Below, piece by piece: positions 58,170-64,000 of a stretch of 64,000 nt of DNA. The stretch is taken from the NCBI GenBank assembly GCA_965140415.1, contig OZ223209.1, forward strand, positions 640,001 through 704,000, read 5' to 3'. This stretch comes from Myxococcota bacterium. Its GTDB lineage: Bacteria > Myxococcota_A > SURF-8. The translations under genes were made by a program, and so were the position numbers. The notes under the pieces are model-generated. The model searched no databases and was not told the origin of the DNA. It saw only the letters and a list, made by a program, of their open reading frames with translations. The first letter of the stretch is position 1. Every line of letters begins with the position of its first letter.

Positions 58170-58677
58170 TTACCGCTGCGTGGTCGCCAAGATAGAAAAG
58201 CACGAGGGCGAGCTTTTTACAAGGGTCGGTTTTGTCGTAAACAACATGAGCGCCGGAATGAGGGGGTGGTCCATTTCTACAATGGATTCGGTACAGCCGA
58301 GTTGTGGATCAAGGAGGGCAAGTACGCCCTGAACTAGACGCGGCTTTCCTGCAAGCGGTTTGTTTCCAACCAGGATGGATTGACCCTGTTCGTGTTGGCT
58401 TACAACCCGGGGAATTTCCTACGGCGTCTGGTGCTACCTTGCGCGGATCAGGCGATTGCGATGCTGTGCTGCGTAGCTTCTATGCGAATCCAGTACCGTC
58501 GGGGGATTGGTTTGAAAACGACACTTTGGTTTGTGAAAACGGTTGATTTCCAAGCTATACAGGAGTACGATACCCCGCCGCAATGGAGGTTAGAACAAGA
58601 TCAGGAGGTCGAAGGAAGATTTTGCCGGACACGATGTCCGGAAAATCCACTTCGGAAGTTGATATGGGGAATACCGG
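58170..58677 (+). mobile_element. Degraded IS1380-family element (transposase C-terminal fragment and probable right end)
   Basis: VVAKIEKHEGELFTRVGFVV, frameshift, FYNGFGTAELWIKEGK, TAG stop, TRLSC, LAYNPGNFLRRL; ends ATATGGGGAATACCGG. Confidence 0.85.
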
Positions 58678-60237
58678 ATGAATCTGCCTGATATCAAAAA
58701 ATTTGATAAGGCGACGAGACCCGGGGCATCCTCGTGCATTTTAGGGCTATTCAGTTTATTATTGCTTGTTGTACTGATTGTTCTCGCTTTGAGTTATCGG
58801 ATTTATGCCGATGACACATGGTGGCATATGGCCACTGGCCGGTATATCTTGGAAACGGGCAGTGTTCCAAGCGCCGATTTGTTTAGCTTCACCTTTTTTG
58901 GAAAGCCCTGGGTCAACTGGGAATGGTTGCCGGGCGTCTGCTTTTACCTGGCATATGACTTCTTTGGACCGGTTGGTCTTCAGATCTTGCGCTTTATACT
59001 GGTGGGCCTGTTGGTTGCTCTAGCCTGGAAGAGGAGTTCGAATTTCCCGGGCGCTGGAGGCACTTTCAGTATAGTATTGCGTTTTACGTTGGTTGCGATG
59101 TTGATTGTTGTTCTTACCAGCCGAGGTCTCGACCGGCCACACCTGTTCGGATATATTTATTTTGCGGGATCTTTTCTGTTGGCCGAGAGGCTGAGAGACA
59201 AGGTAACCTGTTTTGGAGGCATTGCCTGGTTTTTACTACTACTTGTTTGGACTCAATCGCATCCTTCCTGGATTCTTGGCATATCCTTTTCCGCGGCCTT
59301 GATTGCGGATCCGATGTTGGATGAATGGAAAACGTCGGGGTTTTACCACACAGTAAAGCGATATCGGTACCAGCTTTTTATTCTGATTCTGATGCTGATA
59401 TTGACTCTTGGACTTCGCTTCTTCAGCTCCTATTCGGAGGCGGTCACCGATCTTTTCGCTTCCAAGAATCTTGTCGAATGGCAATCCGTTTTCACGCTGA
59501 TCTCCGATTCGAGACTTGGGATGAGCTTGCCGCTGGCCGTGTTCCTGATCGTGTGGGGTTTACTGTTTAGTGCGTTGATCGTATCGCCGCGCAGTTTCCT
59601 CAAGCCTTCCAGTATTTTATTGGCCGCGCTTGCCATCCTCAGTGTTTTATATGCCCGGTTCGCACCATACCTGGTGCTTGCGGCCATCGGACCGATCGTA
59701 TCCGTGTTTTGTCCCCGACTCGCGAAAAAATTGATGCCGGTGCGCACTGCGGTATTGGTTCTGGTTGTAATTGGCGTATTGGCTGCCGGAATCGTAGGGA
59801 ATATCAACCTGGTTCAAAACAAAAAGTTCGGTTTCGGTTTGGATCGAATCAACTTGTCTGCCGATGCCGCCGATTTCATGCAGGAAGAGAATGTTAGTGG
59901 GAATCTTGTTACCAATTGGTTGCCGCTGCATGCCTTTTTCTCGTATCGATTATATCCCGACATTAAGGTTTTCGTGGATGGTCGAACACCTCAACTGTTT
60001 CCTTTGTCCTTCGTTGCATCCTGGGAGCGCGGAATGCGACCGGAGGGAATTGATGACCTGCTTCGAGTCCATCCGATCGACCTGGTATTGATCAATCGCA
60101 CCCTCAGTGTAGATGCGATCAAACTTTTCGAAGCGATGAAAACTCGTAGTGATTTTGAAATCATTTATGCAGATTCGATTAGCGTGATTTTTAAAAGGAA
60201 CAGTTTGCCTCCGAAATCCAACCGAACGGATTTTTAA
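58678..60237 (+). CDS. Polytopic membrane protein, putative GT-C glycosyltransferase
   Basis: DDTWWHMATGRYI..DLFSFT..WVNWEWL, RPHLF, EWQS, FVDGR; lower GC than core genes. Confidence 0.7.
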   Translation: MNLPDIKKFDKATRPGASSCILGLFSLLLLVVLIVLALSYRIYADDTWWHMATGRYILETGSVPSADLFSFTFFGKPWVNWEWLPGVCFYLAYDFFGPVGLQILRFILVGLLVALAWKRSSNFPGAGGTFSIVLRFTLVAMLIVVLTSRGLDRPHLFGYIYFAGSFLLAERLRDKVTCFGGIAWFLLLLVWTQSHPSWILGISFSAALIADPMLDEWKTSGFYHTVKRYRYQLFILILMLILTLGLRFFSSYSEAVTDLFASKNLVEWQSVFTLISDSRLGMSLPLAVFLIVWGLLFSALIVSPRSFLKPSSILLAALAILSVLYARFAPYLVLAAIGPIVSVFCPRLAKKLMPVRTAVLVLVVIGVLAAGIVGNINLVQNKKFGFGLDRINLSADAADFMQEENVSGNLVTNWLPLHAFFSYRLYPDIKVFVDGRTPQLFPLSFVASWERGMRPEGIDDLLRVHPIDLVLINRTLSVDAIKLFEAMKTRSDFEIIYADSISVIFKRNSLPPKSNRTDF

Positions 60238-60717
60238 GATCGCTTCCTGTATCTCATTGATAGAAATTGGTCGTTTCAATTCTATCTATCTGTCAACTTC
60301 TCCATCGTCGAATATTACTCGATATACGGGTGAATCGATGGCAGTGGTACCTACTGGTTCTGCCGTGTCATCTGCTATAACGACCGCTTAGAGTCCGTAT
60401 TACTTGAAATGCGCTACTGTTGCCACTCCTCATTCTGAGGTTAAGCAGAAGAATCTTTAATAAATTCAGGCAGATCCTTCGTTTTACTCCGGGTGGCTCC
60501 ATGCTATCCAAAACCTGAAATAAATAATATTGGCTATGAGCTTTATGAAAAGAGCATTTAACATCTGGATAACTATTCGTTGATTTGTGCTTTCTCCAAT
60601 TATGATAAAATCCGTTATTAATGGTTTTTTAGCGAATCAGTCATTGCCAATACTGTCGTTCTGTATATATTGTATGCGTGTCAGGTGTGTGATCTACCGT
60701 ATGAAATGGAGTAGCAG

Positions 60718-62205
60718 ATGGGTAATTGGGGCCTTCTACGTTTGTCGATCGCAGTTGGGATCGTCATGTTCTGTATGGTTATCGAGCCAACACAGCCCTT
60801 GGCTCAAGAGAATTCCGGCAATGTTGCACAGAACCCCGAAATGTCTTCCACAACGGAGACTCCTGCGGCTTCTGAACCGGTGGCATCGACGGAAGCGGCA
60901 CCTGCTCCTGAGCTGGTGAATACTGATGAAACAGCTGCTCCTGAGCCGGTCGAAGCAACGCCTGTTGCGGAACCTGAAACGTCTCCAAGCGTTGAGCCCA
61001 CGGTCGCTCCGACGGAGCCGGAAAGCGTCGAAACGGCGAAACCGGAAGACACGGAAAAGAAGCTGGATTACAAGGCCGGGCAGCAACTTGTCAACCGTTC
61101 GGTGCGGGAATTCTTTGACGGTCAAACCCATGCAGCCTGGAAGTATCTCCGTCCTTACCTGCTGCTTAGAACCGGTGTCATATACGAGCAGTTCGATGAA
61201 ACCAACGTCGTGCTGCGTCGTGCGGGTTTCAAACTCTTCGACGCCCAGCTCGGCTTCCGTAGCGCCATGGACCCCTTCCCGATTTCAAAAAACTGGGACT
61301 TTGAACTTGCTTATAAGTTCACTGCCAGCTTCGCCTCCGGCGCGTCGGTATCGGATGCATATATCGAAGCGGCGATTAAAAATTACTGGTTTACGCCACG
61401 GCTGCGCATAGGATATCAGAAGGTTCCCTTCATGTGGGCCGAATTGCAGAGCGACAGCGAACTGTATTTCTACGACCGCCCGCAGTATGCGCGCCCCTAC
61501 GGTGCGAAATATGCCTCCTTCGAAATAGGTCTACATCGTAACGCCGGTGCCGGGCTGAAGCTGGGCTTTTTCGACGAAGTTTTCTGTGTCGAAGGCGGAA
61601 TCTATTATCCCAGCAATCCCAAAGAGGAAAACTGGGGAGTCGGTATCGTCGCGGTGCGAGCCGAATTGGATACGAAAAAGCTGATTCATGACAAGGTGCG
61701 CATCGAAGCCGGTGCGGGATATTATCGCCAGGAAAAGATGGCGCAATATTTCGAAAACAGCCGCGAAGCCGTTGCGGTGGACGCCCGCCTGCACGTATAC
61801 GGAGCCTTTATCGGGGGTGAATGGGTACTGCACGAAATGAACGACGGTGTCAACAATAAGGAATACCGCCGACTGAGTTACAAGAACAACTACACTCATG
61901 CCATGGGATACCAGGTTTTCGCGGGCTACTCTTTTCCGAACCGGGAATACGAACTTGCCGTGCGTTACCAATGGTACGACCCGGATGATACCAACCTGAT
62001 CATGCCGATACCGCAAAGCGCCAACCAGGCATTGCGCTGGGTCACGGCAAGCGTTAGTTGGTGGCCGATCGATCTGCTGCGTATTATGGTCAATTACACG
62101 CACAAGCAGGAACTCGAAGCCGCTGAAACCACAGAATATTCGGAAGAACGCTTAAAGGATCTCAAGAACGACGAAGTGATCTTGCAGTTGCAGCTTCTGC
62201 TGTAA
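60718..62205 (+). CDS. Outer-membrane beta-barrel, OprO/OprP porin-like, with Pro/Glu/Thr-rich N-terminal linker
   Basis: Signal peptide; DAYIE, LRIGYQKVPF, ELAVRY, terminal strand VILQLQLLL. Confidence 0.65.
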   Translation: MGNWGLLRLSIAVGIVMFCMVIEPTQPLAQENSGNVAQNPEMSSTTETPAASEPVASTEAAPAPELVNTDETAAPEPVEATPVAEPETSPSVEPTVAPTEPESVETAKPEDTEKKLDYKAGQQLVNRSVREFFDGQTHAAWKYLRPYLLLRTGVIYEQFDETNVVLRRAGFKLFDAQLGFRSAMDPFPISKNWDFELAYKFTASFASGASVSDAYIEAAIKNYWFTPRLRIGYQKVPFMWAELQSDSELYFYDRPQYARPYGAKYASFEIGLHRNAGAGLKLGFFDEVFCVEGGIYYPSNPKEENWGVGIVAVRAELDTKKLIHDKVRIEAGAGYYRQEKMAQYFENSREAVAVDARLHVYGAFIGGEWVLHEMNDGVNNKEYRRLSYKNNYTHAMGYQVFAGYSFPNREYELAVRYQWYDPDDTNLIMPIPQSANQALRWVTASVSWWPIDLLRIMVNYTHKQELEAAETTEYSEERLKDLKNDEVILQLQLLL

Positions 62206-62232
62206 TCGCCTCGTAAGTTAGGAGGATTACCT

Positions 62233-63612
62233 ATGAAACAGATCATCATGCTTTTCATCTTGTTGACGTTGCCGCTGGCTTTCTGTTCCAGCGCCCAGGC
62301 TGAACTGAAAAAAGGTCCGTACCTGCAAAAACTGACGAAGACGTCGGTTACCGTGGTTTGGGAAACCACCAACGATGCCGCCGGGGCTGTGGAATGGGGG
62401 GCGGACGAATCGCTGGGAAATCGCGTGGAAGCCGGTGCATCGAGTATGCACGAAGTTTCCATTGAAGGTTTGCAGCCGGATACTGCGTATTATTACAAGG
62501 TTTCCAGTGGTGGAGAGGAAACCCAAACCTACGAGTTCTGGACTGCTCCGGAAGGCAACGTTCCCGTCCGCTTTGTGGCTTACGGCGATTCCCGCTCGGG
62601 AGAGAACGATCATCGCCGCGTGATATCGCGCATCATGGAAGAAGATCCGGACATCTACAGCAATAGCGGTGATATCGTCCCCACCGGTGAGGACGAAGTC
62701 GGCTGGCAGACGCATTTCAATGTCGAGCGCGACATCATGGCCACCCGTCTGATGCTGCCGGCAATCGGCAATCATGATGTCAATGGTCTGAATTTCGAGC
62801 AGTATAAAAAATATTTCGTGTTGCCGACCTACGCCGACGGTGAAAACAGTGATTACGAGGAAAATTATTACTATGCGGACTGGGGCCCGGTGCGCGTCAT
62901 CACTTTGGACACGACACTTGCGCCGCTTAACTTGGGTAGCCCGCAATACAACTGGTTGATCCAGACCTTGGAAGACGCCAAAAACAATGATTACACACTA
63001 CACGTCTTCATCAACACGCATATCGGTCCCTACACCGCCAAAGCCGGACGCAGCGGCAGTCAATACCTGCGGGCGCTGTCTCCGACCTTAGTGGAATACG
63101 ACGTGCGCGCGGTGATCTCCGGTCACGACCACCATTATTACAGGGCAACCGATCCCAACGGATTACATGTCATCGTTACCGGTGGCGGCGGCGCGGGTCT
63201 GTATGACTGCGATCCCAAACCGGATTTCGGCGTGATCAATCATGCCTGCGAAAAAACGTTCAACTACGTCGTGTTCGACATCAACGGCAAGTACGTCAGC
63301 GCGACCGCCAAAGATTCCGAAGGCAATGTCCTGGAAACGTTCGAATGGGAAGGCTTGAAAGAGCCGAAAAGCGTCGTTACTCCGGATGGCGATGACACCG
63401 TACCGGTGGTGGATGGCGACGACAGTATCGATGTTCCCGACGGTGACACCAGCGGCACCGGTGAAGTGGCGCCCTACGATCCTGAATACGGATTCGCCGG
63501 TTGCCAGCATACCGACAATAGCCTGTCGGCTGGATTGTTACTGGTTGCATTGTTTGCAATCACCCTCTGGCGCAGACGGCGCACCGGGGCGCAAGCCATT
63601 CGCCAGCGGTAA
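62233..63612 (+). CDS. Purple-acid-phosphatase-like metallophosphoesterase with FN3 domain and C-terminal sorting-like tail
   Basis: GPYLQ, GLQPDTAYYY, YGD, GDIV, GNHD, SGHDHHY; DGD linker; Cys-TM-RRRR tail. Confidence 0.88.
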   Translation: MKQIIMLFILLTLPLAFCSSAQAELKKGPYLQKLTKTSVTVVWETTNDAAGAVEWGADESLGNRVEAGASSMHEVSIEGLQPDTAYYYKVSSGGEETQTYEFWTAPEGNVPVRFVAYGDSRSGENDHRRVISRIMEEDPDIYSNSGDIVPTGEDEVGWQTHFNVERDIMATRLMLPAIGNHDVNGLNFEQYKKYFVLPTYADGENSDYEENYYYADWGPVRVITLDTTLAPLNLGSPQYNWLIQTLEDAKNNDYTLHVFINTHIGPYTAKAGRSGSQYLRALSPTLVEYDVRAVISGHDHHYYRATDPNGLHVIVTGGGGAGLYDCDPKPDFGVINHACEKTFNYVVFDINGKYVSATAKDSEGNVLETFEWEGLKEPKSVVTPDGDDTVPVVDGDDSIDVPDGDTSGTGEVAPYDPEYGFAGCQHTDNSLSAGLLLVALFAITLWRRRRTGAQAIRQR

Positions 63613-63672
63613 GTATTGCGAACGGAAATCAACGAATTACGAACTAATAGTAGTGTAGGTAAGGACGGAAGC

Positions 63673-64000
63673 ATGAACGCAAGTATGAGCCGGGTTTGGG
63701 TAAAACGAACCCTGATTTCGCTGTTGGTATTTGGATGGGTCTGTTCCGGTTGTCACAGCAATGGAAAAATTACTCAGACAGACGGCGATGTGGATGGAGA
63801 GCTTACGGAAAGTCAAACGGAGGCGGCTTCGTTGGAAGTTTCCAAATGGTTTTCCGGCAATGGCTCCGTGCTTGCCAAAGATGCCGATGGACGCCTGGTT
63901 TCCGTTTCCAAGGCTGGGTTGGTGATTCTGGATACCCAGGGTACGCCTGCCGATTTTTCCGATGACACCAAGACGGTTCATACAGAATTGACCGACGAAA
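63673..64000 (+). CDS. Partial lipoprotein with DGD motif (runs off window)
   Basis: Own translation MNASMSRVWVKRTLISLLVFGWVCSGC..TDGDVDG, open to the window end; absent from the ORF track. Confidence 0.65.
   Translation, partial: MNASMSRVWVKRTLISLLVFGWVCSGCHSNGKITQTDGDVDGELTESQTEAASLEVSKWFSGNGSVLAKDADGRLVSVSKAGLVILDTQGTPADFSDDTKTVHTELTDE

Noticed and set aside
60600-60717. Pho box upstream of the porin
   Set aside because: GTCAT/CTGTC-like words are present but not at 11-bp direct-repeat spacing

Overview
Chromosomal window of a Gram-negative, moderately GC-rich bacterium. Gene content (MYXO-CTERM-like tails, Cys-rich surface proteins, DUF4398-Pal, FecR-TPR anti-sigma) suggests a Myxococcota/deltaproteobacterium-like lineage; this is inference only. 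Housekeeping blocks: ffh-rpsP-khpA-rimM-trmD-rplS-rnhB, tolQRAB-pal, rplM-rpsI, mrdA, prkA-yeaH-spoVR, a stand-alone EF-G, lemA-htpX and RNase J. The most notable accessory locus is 6.3-13.7 kb: a ~1900-aa mosaic surface lipoprotein in which an Ig-like module is split by a ~756-aa multi-domain insert. It has a consensus sigma54 promoter and lies next to an enhancer-binding protein with a wHTH-like N-terminus instead of a usual sensor domain. The same 19-bp palindrome occurs at the enhancer position and over the activator's own -10. The second notable locus is a TetR-led acyl-CoA catabolic operon (ACAD pair, split biotin carboxylase, hydratase) ending in a BKACE/DUF849 enzyme where an HMG-CoA lyase would be expected. 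Also present: a DUF1778-GNAT toxin-antitoxin pair with operator, an IS1380 remnant abutting a low-GC membrane gene, two GT-C-like membrane proteins, several DGD-linker exported proteins, REP-like palindromes, and a porin plus purple-acid-phosphatase pair. I saw no rRNA, tRNA or CRISPR array. All calls come from motif recognition by eye; no searches were run.
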